Below, in pieces: positions 1 to 9,039 of a stretch of 40,738 nt of DNA. Position 1 is the stretch's first letter. Every line of letters begins with the position of its first letter. A program made the position numbers and the translations under genes. This DNA comes from a virus (taxonomy: Duplodnaviria; Heunggongvirae; Uroviricota; Caudoviricetes): the IMG/VR virus record IMGVR_UViG_640753023_000013, one strand, 5' to 3'. Under the pieces are notes generated by a model. That model was not told the origin of the DNA. It worked only from the letters and a program-made list of their open reading frames with translations, and searched no databases.

Positions 1-516
1 ATGAAATTTAAAAAATGTCTTCTGCCTGTGGCAATGTTAGCGTCATTCACTCTGGCAGGATGCCAGTCAAATGCTGATGATCATGCCGCCGATGTTTATC
101 AAACCGATCAACTGAATACCAAACAAGAAACTAAAACCGTTAATATTATTTCCATTCTTCCCGCAAAAGTTGCCGTAGACAACGCCCAAAATAAACGGAA
201 CGCACAAGCCTTCGGCGCGCTTATTGGCGCTGTCGCTGGCGGTGTTATCGGCCACAACGTCGGGTCTGGCAGCAATTCCGGAACGACGGCAGGTGCAGTT
301 GGCGGCGGAGCTGTAGGCGCGGCAGCGGGTTCTATGGTGAATGATAAAACCTTAGTGGAAGGTGTTTCTTTAACATATAAGGAAGGCACCAAAGTGTATA
401 CCTCCACCCAGGTGGGTAAAGAGTGCCAGTTTACGACAGGTTTAGCCGTTGTTATTACCACGACGTATAACGAAACGCGTATTCAGCCAAATACCAAATG
501 TCCTGAAAAGAGCTAA
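1..516 (+). CDS. Outer-membrane lipoprotein with glycine-zipper segment (SlyB/YcfJ-like); host flank or terminal cargo
   Basis: Signal peptide with lipobox LAGC; Gly/Ala-rich segment GALIGAVAGGVIGHNVG resembling E. coli YcfJ/SlyB glycine zipper. Confidence 0.6.
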   Translation: MKFKKCLLPVAMLASFTLAGCQSNADDHAADVYQTDQLNTKQETKTVNIISILPAKVAVDNAQNKRNAQAFGALIGAVAGGVIGHNVGSGSNSGTTAGAVGGGAVGAAAGSMVNDKTLVEGVSLTYKEGTKVYTSTQVGKECQFTTGLAVVITTTYNETRIQPNTKCPEKS

Positions 517-531
517 TAATCAGGAGGAGTC

Positions 532-1071
532 ATGAAGAAAGTTTTTCTTTGCGCCATCTTAGCCTCCTTAAGCTATCCGGCTATCGCCTCATCATTGCAG
601 GATCAACTCTCGGCTGTCGCAGAAGCGGAACAGCAAGGTAAAAATGAAGAGCAAAGGCAGCATGACGAATGGGTCGCGGAGCGCAACAGGGAAATCCAGC
701 AAGAGAAGCAACGTCGCGCAAACGCCCAGGCCGCGGCTAATAAAAGAGCGGCAACGGCAGCAGCGAATAAGAAAGCTCGTCAGGATAAACTGGACGCCGA
801 AGCCACTGCGGACAAAAAACGCGATCAAAGTTATGAAGATGAGCTACGTAGCTTAGAGATTCAGAAACAAAAACTGGCGCTGGCGAAAGAAGAAGCCCGC
901 GTCAAGCGCGAAAACGAATTTATCGATCAGGAACTGAAGCACAAAGCTGCGCAAACCGATGTGGTGCAATCTGAAGCTGACGCAAACAGAAATATGACTG
1001 AAGGCGGTCGCGATCTGATGAAAAGCGTGGGTAAAGCAGAAGAGAATAAATCAGATAGCTGGTTTAACTAA
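532..1071 (+). CDS. Secreted, highly charged coiled-coil protein of unknown function
   Basis: N-terminal signal peptide, Lys/Glu/Ala-rich body, RBS AGGAGG upstream; no family recognised. Confidence 0.5.
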   Translation: MKKVFLCAILASLSYPAIASSLQDQLSAVAEAEQQGKNEEQRQHDEWVAERNREIQQEKQRRANAQAAANKRAATAAANKKARQDKLDAEATADKKRDQSYEDELRSLEIQKQKLALAKEEARVKRENEFIDQELKHKAAQTDVVQSEADANRNMTEGGRDLMKSVGKAEENKSDSWFN

Positions 1072-1109
1072 ACGATGTTAGTAACTTCAAACCTATAATT
1101 CTTTAGGAT

Positions 1110-1141
1110 AAAAAAACCCTCTGTAGTAACAGAGGGTTTTG
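1110..1141. terminator. Rho-independent terminator, bidirectional (A-run, hairpin, T-run)
   Basis: aaaaaa-CCCTCTG-tagtaa-CAGAGGG-tttt between the convergent + gene and the minus-strand lysis genes. Confidence 0.6.
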
Positions 1142-1266
1142 TTCATTCATAGTGCAGGGTCAAATCATTCCCACTCAATTATTTACGGATACCATAAACA
1201 ATTGATTGATAACAACTTTCTGCAACATGATTTTCACCGTACCGTTTTATATACCGTCGCCGGAAA

Positions 1267-1764
1267 TCAGTGCCACGATTTTTGCTTCTTCAGTGAATCG
1301 TATTGCTGTTCGCAGGATTCTCCTGCAATCCGATACTTTTCAGCCTCAGCTGCTGTTGCGTTGTAAACTCGATTGCTTTCTTCAAGCATGTCGGCGAGCA
1401 CACCGATGACCTTGCTGGCTGGCGTGCCAGTGGGGAAAGATCCGGTATAGTGTTCGGCGAGTCGCTTGGTTTTGTCAAGCTCGGCGCGCAGGCTGTCAGC
1501 AGCGGCATTAGCATGCTCAGCATCAACACGCGCCACATCGATACGGGATTGTGCTTCACGTTCAATTTGTGTTTTCTCCTGATCACGTTGTGACCTGGCC
1601 TTATCATCAGCCTGTTTCTGATCTTCCTGTGCCTGCGCATACCCGGCATCGTACTGGCGGCTGCCGTGTATATTCCAGGCAACCACTCCGACGATGAACA
1701 GAGCAGCAAGCATCAACACGATAAGCAGCTGTTTCCAATATGCTTTTACGAATGTCAGGATCAT
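1267..1764 (-). CDS. Rz-like i-spanin (lysis)
   Basis: N-terminal TM helix then charged coiled coil; immediately downstream of endolysin with 4-nt overlap. Confidence 0.7.
   Translation of the reverse strand: MILTFVKAYWKQLLIVLMLAALFIVGVVAWNIHGSRQYDAGYAQAQEDQKQADDKARSQRDQEKTQIEREAQSRIDVARVDAEHANAAADSLRAELDKTKRLAEHYTGSFPTGTPASKVIGVLADMLEESNRVYNATAAEAEKYRIAGESCEQQYDSLKKQKSWH
1290..1538 (-). CDS. Rz1-like o-spanin lipoprotein embedded in the +1 frame of Rz
   Basis: Signal peptide with lipobox LLTAC followed by proline-rich short mature part, entirely inside Rz; exact start uncertain. Confidence 0.5.
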   Translation of the reverse strand: MWRVLMLSMLMPLLTACAPSLTKPSDSPNTIPDLSPLARQPARSSVCSPTCLKKAIEFTTQQQLRLKSIGLQENPANSNTIH

Positions 1765-2390
1765 ACCGCCAGCACCTTACTGGCATTGATGTATCGCGCG
1801 CGCCGGTCGTCGATGCCGTTCCGGCCACCATTGATAATCAGAGTTACACGTGCAATATCGCCGGTATACTTCATGCATCCTTTGCTGGCAAAGAACCACG
1901 CCGCGCTACGAGCCGCATATTCGTCCTGCGCCAGCAGTTCAGGGCTCTCCAGCAGGTCAACCTTCAGACCGTTTCCGCAATCACGATAGTTATTCAAACC
2001 GGTAATCTGGATAAGTCCGCGCCCTCGGTAATTCCAGCCATCACCAGGGGCATTGTTCCCCATGCGTTTGCTGTATACCAGATTTGCGATCGCGCGCTGG
2101 CGCTCAAGTGGCAATGGTGGTTCACCAGCACGGCGCCCCAGTGCATTAGCCTGCCCCTGAGTGAGACGCCCAGCCCGAACGAAGTTAGCCAGTCCGCTGA
2201 CACTGTAGTTGAAATTCTCTTGCAACCTGGTGAAGCCCCCAGACTCATGCCCGACTTGAGCAATAAACATTGCCTGATCTTCTGCTTTGCTGATACCAAA
2301 CTCTTTCATCGCAGAAGTTATATGCGAGAACCAGCGTGCGGCCAGTGCCTCGCTGATACCAGCAGCTCGCTGGAATTGTTTAATCTCCAT
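1761..2390 (-). CDS. Endolysin, glycoside hydrolase family 19 (chitinase-like)
   Basis: Motif [12 protein letters not shown] typical of GH19 phage endolysins; ATG at 2390 with GAGG RBS (ORF track extends upstream to 2555). Confidence 0.85.
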   Translation of the reverse strand: MEIKQFQRAAGISEALAARWFSHITSAMKEFGISKAEDQAMFIAQVGHESGGFTRLQENFNYSVSGLANFVRAGRLTQGQANALGRRAGEPPLPLERQRAIANLVYSKRMGNNAPGDGWNYRGRGLIQITGLNNYRDCGNGLKVDLLESPELLAQDEYAARSAAWFFASKGCMKYTGDIARVTLIINGGRNGIDDRRARYINASKVLAV

Positions 2391-2688
2391 GTTTAGACCT
2401 CGATACTTTAAAAATTTGAACGACGTTACCGCGCGTTTTAATAACCGCAGCCAGCATGACAGCGTTGATAATGACCTCAGATAAATCCACAGCCATTGGC
2501 GTACGTAACCAGATTGCATAGGCGACTCGAACAGGAATACTGGCCGCAGCAACAATCAGGAAATAAGCAAGCCATCCTCCCCACCTTCGATGTTGAGAGC
2601 CGTTACGCCGGAATGTGACAACGCGAATTGCTATGCCAGTGCAAATAACTGCATTGGTGATAAGCAAAAAAAACTCATGCGTTACCAT
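2380..2688 (-). CDS. Holin-family membrane protein (holin or antiholin)
   Basis: 102 aa, two or three predicted TM helices, GGAGA RBS, overlaps endolysin start. Confidence 0.6.
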   Translation of the reverse strand: MVTHEFFLLITNAVICTGIAIRVVTFRRNGSQHRRWGGWLAYFLIVAAASIPVRVAYAIWLRTPMAVDLSEVIINAVMLAAVIKTRGNVVQIFKVSRSKHGD

Positions 2689-3079
2689 CGTCTTTTCTCC
2701 CCGGAATTAACTCGCGTGGATTATCGGAACGGTGATAGAGCCATATACCAATACGCACAGCGACAATTGCTGACACGAATGCGCCTGCAGAGAAAACAAT
2801 CCCTTTTTCAAAAGAGTCCTGCGTGATGGTAGGGATCAGGCTGGCTATGCCGATAAGAATTGATGCTGCTGGTTTGTAAAAGAGAAGGCCGCAAAGAAAG
2901 CTGAGCATCGACAGGAGCACCCGGCGACGGATGGGGTACTCTACTGCAGAGGTAACAAAAATTACCGCCCCAGCCAAAGCCCCTAAAGCAACCTCCGGAG
3001 GGACACCTGCAATAACCGCAGCAAGAGAACCAAAACTAAGCAACTGATTTAATTGCTCACTTGTTACTTGAGCAGACAT
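2675..3079 (-). CDS. Holin-family membrane protein
   Basis: 134 aa, three or four hydrophobic helices, AGGAG RBS, first gene of the lysis cassette. Confidence 0.6.
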   Translation of the reverse strand: MSAQVTSEQLNQLLSFGSLAAVIAGVPPEVALGALAGAVIFVTSAVEYPIRRRVLLSMLSFLCGLLFYKPAASILIGIASLIPTITQDSFEKGIVFSAGAFVSAIVAVRIGIWLYHRSDNPRELIPGRKDDGNA

Positions 3080-3360
3080 ACTTTCTCCTGTTTACTATCT
3101 ATAAGCCAGTCAATTATTGATGACTAAACCCGCATAGTAAACCATATATGAATCATTATTGTTCCGTATCATATATCTCAATAAAAGTACTAATGATTTT
3201 ACAGAACGAGCCAGCAGAGTGGGGGCAGTTGTACAGGAACCATAGACTTAATTTTGTATTTAATAATGCTATGGTGTAATAAACCTGAACATGTATTTAA
3301 AATACGTACTGATTCATGATAGAATTCAAAGATAACTTTTCACAAACTCCGTTTTTGATA

Positions 3361-3388
3361 CCCGCAAAATATTGCGGGCTTTTTTTTA
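3361..3388 (+). terminator. Hairpin plus T-run oriented for + strand transcription, between tailspike and lysis cassette
   Basis: CCCGCAAAATATTGCGGG followed by tttttttt; orientation is opposite to the flanking genes. Confidence 0.4.
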
Positions 3389-6300
3389 ACGTTCTTCCAG
3401 AGACTGAATCCGCTCTTTTATCTTATCCATTTCTCTGCGCTGCCATGCTGCCTCGATATAGAATAAGAGATCAGGTCTGACCCCCCATCTAGATCCTGCT
3501 GGCGTTATTTCAACGCGCTCAATGATGTCTTCCATTACCATCACTGGATTATCATCCTCATCAACAATGATGCTCCCGTCATTATCAGTCAGCGGCATTT
3601 CCCTTTGGCCAGTAATGACGTCATCATATACTGCGGGATAATCGTCATAGCAAAGAAAGGCATAGCGGCATGTTGTGCTTTCTTCTTCCATGAGTCCGTG
3701 AGAAATAAGAACATCACGAAGTTGCTGCGCGATTACACCATGATGTATCCTCGCCCCTTCTTCCCCCTTTATAGCGACAGCGTTCAGCCATTTATAAGCG
3801 ATATACCTGACGTCACCCCAGGCATCCAGCAATGCTTCGTCAGGAGAGACCGGCTCTGTCTTTAATGTTCCGTCACTGGTAACCACAGGATTGGAGCCAA
3901 GATAAACTGTCGAGAACCTGTTTCCCGGACCACCAAGAGCATTTACATTATCAAGATAAGGTTTAACATCTCCGTTCTCAAAAAGATGTTCGAGTGCGTT
4001 ATATACCGCGCGACGTGGAGTACTGCTTCCGGAACCATGCAACGTTATCATTGCACCATCTGCTGAAGACGTTGTTTCACCTCCGCTAACGATTAATCTC
4101 TGAGCGGTAACATCATCAGACGGTACTTTCTTCGCAATAATGGCGTAATTACCCTCAAGTTTGACTTCCGCGCGAACTTGTCCTGATGTACCTGCATGGA
4201 CAGTCAGTGACTGGACGGCAACATCATCTGTGAAATCAACGGGTACAGGAACCGTCCTCACGCCTGACGTCGACATAAAAGTAGGAAGCGTTCTGTTAGG
4301 AGTGGCTCCGTAGACAAAATCCCTTGAAACAAATTCTTCCTGTTTAATTTTCACCCTGAAACAATACAAATCAGCCGGGTGACCATCGTGAACATAAGGA
4401 TATTTTCTGTTGTTATCCCCTATGCTCCATGGGTTTAGAAAGTCTTCCCCACCGAAAATGTAGTACAGCCAGTTGTCTTTGATACAAACTGAACCAACAC
4501 CAACCGCAGAGTTAACTATTCCGCCCTGATAAATCTGATCAGTAACATTAACCCACTCTACATTATCCAGACTCCACTCATTGACGTTAACTCTGGTCAT
4601 AAATGTTCTTGGATAATTTCCTGCATAACGGTTATCAGGTTCTCCTCCTTCCCACTCACCAAATGCGCGCTCACTGCCAAAAATAATCAGCTCATCGCCA
4701 ACTTTGGCAAAAGGAAGGTTTGAGTGATGAACATTATTTGGGAAGCGAAGAGAATTCCATGATGTACCTAAATCAGAGCTTCTGTGCAATGAACTACCGG
4801 GTTGAGTACTTAATGTCCCCCTGGTCGTCAGATACAGAATGCCATCATAATATTTTACACATGGCTCAGATGCATTCGCCTCATATTCTGCAGGTATGCG
4901 TCTGCGAACAAAGCTACCAGGAGAACCGAAAGCATCAGAGAAATAGAGTATCCCAAGCTCGCGTGGACCAATATCACCATTATGGTAGCCAACAGCAAAA
5001 CTGTTATCGCTAATCGTCGCAAAACTGTGAATCTCAGTAACAGGAGTGCTTCCGTCAACAAAAGAAGGAATAGTTCCAAGACTGGTTTTTCTCCATGGTG
5101 ACGAGTGAAATGATGTACCAAAACTCCAGTATCTACCCTCGTTATTCTGATCCACATCCTGGGTATTTTGCGTCGTAACTGTAAAAGTATTTTTATCAAT
5201 AACAGTAGTCACCGTCATATTCCCGGTAACACCTGTAACACCAGAGTTTGAGAAGTTGACAAAATCACCAGCAAATAATCCGTGATCAGTAATGCGAATA
5301 TAAGCGACTTGCTGATTTGCTGCTTTCGTTATACCACCATAAACGCGAAGGCTGCGACTCATTGGGCGATCCCACAACTCTGCAACCTGCAGTTTATTTC
5401 CGCTCACGGTCCGCGTCTCAATTACAGCAAAAAGGCGATTTCTGACAACCCCCATACTCATGCAGTGATAGTTAACTGTGGGATAGTTTTCATGTAAATC
5501 TGTAAGCCATTCCGGCGTTGTCCAGGTCTTCCCGTCATCTCCTGAGCGAACCCATGCAACATGGAGGTTATTTACACCATGGCGGTCTCCAGCCATAAAA
5601 GGCGCATAGATGACATTGTCATATACAAACGTTTTATCCTGCGTCCAGGCGTTGTACCACGGTGTATCTGTAATTTTAAATAACTCTCCCTGGATAAAAT
5701 CTTCAGAAGCATAAAAAAGAGGCTGGCCCGGTATTCTCTCAAATAAAAAACGAGCATTTTTAAATCGACTGACATCCGGAAGAGTTGATACTTTAAAAGT
5801 AAGCCCTAATCCGTCAATTTTATAACCTGGAGATGAGGCTTCAAGGCACGCGCTTATTGCAGTGGAATCGTCATTTATACCATCACCAACAGCTCCAAAA
5901 TCTTTGGGGCTAATAGCATCACGCATTTTATCCTGGAACGTTCGGTACACAGCCCCAGAACCATACTGAATAAACCAACCAAAACCACCAACAACCCCGG
6001 CGATTGCAGCATCGACATAATTACGCATTGAGCGATTATTTACAGCGTCCTGCTCAAATGATGGATCTGCAAGGTTAGAAATTTTGTTTTGCTTTGCATC
6101 GTAATATTTTGCAAGCAAAGATGGTTTCATCAATGCACGTCTGAACCACCCAAAACATTGCTGGATCAGCATCGTCAGGTAGTCAAAGGCATCTTCATGC
6201 ACTTCGGGGAAAAATTTTCCCTGATTGCGAAGGTCTGTCTCCTGCACTACATCAAGCACACGATCTATCGTAATTCGCCATCCAGTAGCAAGCGGAGACG

Positions 6301-6505
6301 GAAGAACCACAGAACCGCCACTATAAGTGCCCGCCCCAGTTACCGTATAACCGGTATCCAGAACCAATTCTGTTACGTTCCCGTTCAGGTCAGACACCTG
6401 AACAACCAGGTCTGATTTTCTGAAAATTCGAAAAGTATACGGAAACGATGTCGTAACGCCGTTACCGGTGTATTCGTTGTGGTCAACTTCGGTTGAGACC
6501 GTCAT
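3386..6505 (-). CDS. Tailspike: N-terminal particle-binding domain, sialidase-like beta-propeller with two Asp-boxes, C-terminal intramolecular chaperone (peptidase S74-like); probable capsule depolymerase
   Basis: Asp-boxes SGDDGKTW and SSDLGTSW; C-terminus resembles the T5 L-shaped-fibre/endosialidase chaperone domain (SDGTLKTEP, FLCYDDY). Confidence 0.8.
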   Translation of the reverse strand: MTVSTEVDHNEYTGNGVTTSFPYTFRIFRKSDLVVQVSDLNGNVTELVLDTGYTVTGAGTYSGGSVVLPSPLATGWRITIDRVLDVVQETDLRNQGKFFPEVHEDAFDYLTMLIQQCFGWFRRALMKPSLLAKYYDAKQNKISNLADPSFEQDAVNNRSMRNYVDAAIAGVVGGFGWFIQYGSGAVYRTFQDKMRDAISPKDFGAVGDGINDDSTAISACLEASSPGYKIDGLGLTFKVSTLPDVSRFKNARFLFERIPGQPLFYASEDFIQGELFKITDTPWYNAWTQDKTFVYDNVIYAPFMAGDRHGVNNLHVAWVRSGDDGKTWTTPEWLTDLHENYPTVNYHCMSMGVVRNRLFAVIETRTVSGNKLQVAELWDRPMSRSLRVYGGITKAANQQVAYIRITDHGLFAGDFVNFSNSGVTGVTGNMTVTTVIDKNTFTVTTQNTQDVDQNNEGRYWSFGTSFHSSPWRKTSLGTIPSFVDGSTPVTEIHSFATISDNSFAVGYHNGDIGPRELGILYFSDAFGSPGSFVRRRIPAEYEANASEPCVKYYDGILYLTTRGTLSTQPGSSLHRSSDLGTSWNSLRFPNNVHHSNLPFAKVGDELIIFGSERAFGEWEGGEPDNRYAGNYPRTFMTRVNVNEWSLDNVEWVNVTDQIYQGGIVNSAVGVGSVCIKDNWLYYIFGGEDFLNPWSIGDNNRKYPYVHDGHPADLYCFRVKIKQEEFVSRDFVYGATPNRTLPTFMSTSGVRTVPVPVDFTDDVAVQSLTVHAGTSGQVRAEVKLEGNYAIIAKKVPSDDVTAQRLIVSGGETTSSADGAMITLHGSGSSTPRRAVYNALEHLFENGDVKPYLDNVNALGGPGNRFSTVYLGSNPVVTSDGTLKTEPVSPDEALLDAWGDVRYIAYKWLNAVAIKGEEGARIHHGVIAQQLRDVLISHGLMEEESTTCRYAFLCYDDYPAVYDDVITGQREMPLTDNDGSIIVDEDDNPVMVMEDIIERVEITPAGSRWGVRPDLLFYIEAAWQRREMDKIKERIQSLEER

Positions 6506-6609
6506 GTTAAATCTCCAGATAGTCGCAGCACCCGTTGCGCCGCATATCTGGTTATTCTATTACCTGGAAAACCACATATGGATAGAAAGGCTGTAAATAC
6601 GAATAGATA

Positions 6610-6624
6610 TTACCTTTCAGGTAA
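6610..6624. promoter_or_regulatory. Operator palindrome TTACC-TTTCA-GGTAA (site 1, perfect)
   Basis: Between tailspike start and the LexA-box gene. Confidence 0.6.
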
Positions 6625-6661
6625 TTTGCAAAACGTGCTGGATAGCAAACAAATTATTTGC

Positions 6662-6681
6662 TACTGTATAAATATACAGTT
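6662..6681. promoter_or_regulatory. LexA (SOS) box
   Basis: TACTGTATAAATATACAGTT, 18/20 match to consensus TACTGTATATATATACAGTA, 20 bp upstream of the ATG at 6701. Confidence 0.8.
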
Positions 6682-6700
6682 ATTGCATGGAGAAGATAAG

Positions 6701-6958
6701 ATGCAGCAGTATCACTATCCACTGGAAGACGGATTTACCGAAAGGATTCACACGCCGGGAGGCGTCAGGTCACTGGTGGAGGGATCGCACTTGATGAAAT
6801 TACTCCGGGATCTCGATAAGGATGGATTTAATGTCGATGGCCCACTTGCCGAACTGACTGCACTGATTAACTACGTCACCAGCTCACAGATGTCTATGCG
6901 GGATCTGCAAACACATCTCGACTATTGTGCCGAACAATTACGAAAACAAACCAGATAA
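6701..6958 (+). CDS. Small antirepressor-related protein (homolog of the C-terminal domain of the downstream BRO-N protein)
   Basis: ATG with GGAGAAG RBS; residues 20-85 align with the C-terminus of the 7274-7969 product (LMxLL, DG, RDxQTH); ORF track start 6578 rejected. Confidence 0.6.
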   Translation: MQQYHYPLEDGFTERIHTPGGVRSLVEGSHLMKLLRDLDKDGFNVDGPLAELTALINYVTSSQMSMRDLQTHLDYCAEQLRKQTR

Positions 6959-7092
6959 GGTTTGCAATTACCAAGTGGAGTGCTTATATTTACCTTTGAG
7001 ATAAATTTACATCGCACTCCTCTTGTGCCATAGTAATCGGGCACTGGCAAAATCCAGTGCCGGGATTGGCGTCCCGGATTACTAAAAGGCGC

Positions 7093-7118
7093 ATTCACCG
7101 CGCAAGCGGTTTTTTTAT
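7093..7118 (+). terminator. Short hairpin plus T-run in the leader of the BRO-N gene
   Basis: CCGCgcaaGCGG followed by ttttttt. Confidence 0.4.
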
Positions 7119-7273
7119 GCGTATAGCACGGCCACATTCGTATTATGGTGGGCTGTGTGGGGGCACCGAAAGGTGCGCCGGGTCCTTTTAGCCGGTTACG
7201 CCAACCCTGCACAGTTCACCACCAACCGATTGGCGTCGGTAGTGGTGATTAACCAGACTAAAAGGTAACCACT

Positions 7274-7969
7274 ATGACAGCTACAAAAAGCACGTCCATT
7301 TTTTCTTTCGAATCCCAAGCCGATATACGGGTAATCGTCATTAATGGTGAGCCATGGTTTATCGCTTCAGATGTTTGTCGGGCTATAGGCATAGCAAACC
7401 ATCGAGATGCTGTTCGAAAACTTGATGATGATGAGAAGGGCGTCGCTTCAACCGACACCCCTGGCGGTGAGCAAGAATCGATCATCATCTCCGAGTCAGG
7501 CCTCTACACACTGATCCTCCGCTGCCGCGACGCAGTGACACCAGGCACTATCCCCTACCGCTTTCGTAAATGGGTTACAGGTGAGGTTCTTCCTCAGATC
7601 CGCCGCACCGGAAGCTACATTAAAAACTCGCTCCCGCAGGAAGAACGCATAAAGATGGTTGCCGACCAGGTAGCCAACGCCACGGCGTCAGCAGTAATGC
7701 AGGCGATGAAGATAGAGAACAAAACCTACAGCGCCCCGCTGAAGCCCGGCTACCGCAGCCTGATTCACTCGCCGTCTGGTGTTCTCGGCCTGACGGAAAA
7801 CTCACTGCTGATGAATCTGCTGAACCAGTTACAGGAAGACGGGCACGACGTATCGGGCGCGGCGGCGGAGGTGACCACCATGTTCTGCTACATCGTCGGT
7901 GTGAGTAAATGCCTGCGTGATATCCAGACCCACGCGGAATACATCAACGACAAGGCAGGGTTCTTCTGA
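7274..7969 (+). CDS. BRO-N domain antirepressor-type protein
   Basis: N-terminal Bro-N signature (IRVIVINGEPWFIASDVCRAIG, DDDEKG); C-terminal domain shared with the 6701 gene. Confidence 0.8.
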   Translation: MTATKSTSIFSFESQADIRVIVINGEPWFIASDVCRAIGIANHRDAVRKLDDDEKGVASTDTPGGEQESIIISESGLYTLILRCRDAVTPGTIPYRFRKWVTGEVLPQIRRTGSYIKNSLPQEERIKMVADQVANATASAVMQAMKIENKTYSAPLKPGYRSLIHSPSGVLGLTENSLLMNLLNQLQEDGHDVSGAAAEVTTMFCYIVGVSKCLRDIQTHAEYINDKAGFF

Positions 7970-8041
7970 CGGGCGGCGGCACAGGGATGAGCCTTTAAAT
8001 AATTCTGTACAGATTGCAGACTGGGGGTGAATAGCGTACTA

Positions 8042-8056
8042 TTACCTCAAGGGTAA
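8042..8056. promoter_or_regulatory. Operator palindrome TTACC-TCAAG-GGTAA (site 2, perfect), overlapping a candidate promoter (TTGCAG-N17-TACTAT)
   Basis: 60 bp upstream of the moron gene at 8116. Confidence 0.55.
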
Positions 8057-8115
8057 GAAAGCATTTTTAATCTTCCCTTCAAAACGCGTCCTGTAGCCAA
8101 ACATGGGAGGACGAA

Positions 8116-8748
8116 ATGAGAACAAATACAACAAGAAAAGCGATGCCATACATTATCCCAGAAGCAGATTTCGATAGAAAACTGAACATGTCTGAGAAGA
8201 ACACTAGTCACACCGAAAGCTACTTAGCGAAAGGTGTGGTTGATTTCGTTCTTCCGGGATTCACAACACCTTATGGTTATCGCCTTGTAAAATCTTGTAA
8301 TGGCGATCATTACAGAATGATTACTACCAGCGATACTCCAGAAACGGTGTATGCGGTTAAGTTAATCTTTCGGGAAGATATCGTCGAAGCCAAAAGAACA
8401 TGTACGCAGATCATGGTATGGCGTACGCCTAATGTTATTCATGACCGTGCTGTTCATGGTTTGCCTCAGATTTTTTTTCAGTTCTTCCTAGAGCAATATG
8501 CGATCGTTGTATCTGATGAGCAACAAACAATCGATGGGAGAAGATTCTGGGAAAGAATGATTTCTTGGGCTATAAACACCCCAGGATATAATGTATACGT
8601 TTCAGATGGCTCTGAAGAAGATAGACCTCTTAGCTTCATGACATCATGGGATGATTTCTATAGCCAGTGGGCTGATTTCTGTTGGGGCAGTGATAAAGAT
8701 GTGCATACCCACAGACTACTGGTTATAAGCAAAGATAAACTGCATTAA
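8116..8748 (+). CDS. Hypothetical protein, AT-rich moron with own terminator; no recognisable domain
   Basis: 210 aa, GGGAGG RBS, AT-rich composition unlike neighbours. Confidence 0.65.
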   Translation: MRTNTTRKAMPYIIPEADFDRKLNMSEKNTSHTESYLAKGVVDFVLPGFTTPYGYRLVKSCNGDHYRMITTSDTPETVYAVKLIFREDIVEAKRTCTQIMVWRTPNVIHDRAVHGLPQIFFQFFLEQYAIVVSDEQQTIDGRRFWERMISWAINTPGYNVYVSDGSEEDRPLSFMTSWDDFYSQWADFCWGSDKDVHTHRLLVISKDKLH

Positions 8749-8752
8749 TAGA

Positions 8753-8774
8753 AGCCCGCAGCGCGGGCTTTTTT
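8753..8774 (+). terminator. Rho-independent terminator
   Basis: AGCCCGC-agc-GCGGGCT followed by tttttt. Confidence 0.7.
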
Positions 8775-8846
8775 GTGGACGAAACAAAAGTCAGTGCTAC
8801 ACTCATTGTCGCCACATTGAGGTGGCTTATAGATGGAAATTTCACA

Positions 8847-9008
8847 ATGAAAAAAGCATTTGCTGCACTGTTCGTTTTGTTGTCTCTGGTAGCTTCAACT
8901 CAGGCCTTTGCCGGTCGTTGTCAGCACGACAGCGACACTGCTGCTGACGGCTCCCGCTGCGGTGGGCGTTCTGCGGATTCCCGCCCGGGTGGCGGTGGCA
9001 TTCGTTAA
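8847..9008 (+). CDS. Small secreted peptide (signal peptide plus about 30-aa mature part with two Cys)
   Basis: MKKAFAALFVLLSLVASTQAFA signal peptide; 53 codons. Confidence 0.4.
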   Translation: MKKAFAALFVLLSLVASTQAFAGRCQHDSDTAADGSRCGGRSADSRPGGGGIR

Positions 9009-9030
9009 AAACAAGGCCGCGAAAGCGGCC
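9003..9030 (-). terminator. Rho-independent terminator for the minus-strand lipoprotein gene
   Basis: Hairpin GGCCGC-gaaa-GCGGCC at 9015-9030 with a U-run on the minus strand. Confidence 0.55.
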
Positions 9031-9039
9031 TGTGACATG

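Noticed and set aside
1740-2396. 218-aa + strand ORF across the endolysin gene
   Set aside because: Antisense shadow of the GH19 endolysin. The same applies to other long ORFs antisense to structural genes, such as 10628-11089, 14346-14678, 15758-16243, 18362-18688, 19476-20165, 20713-21192, 22719-23300, 23851-24363 and 27535-28041.
2390-2555. Upstream extension of the endolysin ORF
   Set aside because: It overlaps the holin gene in another frame; the ATG at 2390 with GAGG RBS gives a typical 210-aa GH19 endolysin.
3080-3385. Small ORFs (14-16 codons) in the AT-rich spacer between tailspike and lysis genes
   Set aside because: Too short, no RBS; more likely promoter or regulatory DNA.
6578-6700. 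Upstream start at 6578 for the small antirepressor-related gene
   Set aside because: The extension would be translated across the operator palindrome and LexA box; the ATG at 6701 has a proper RBS.
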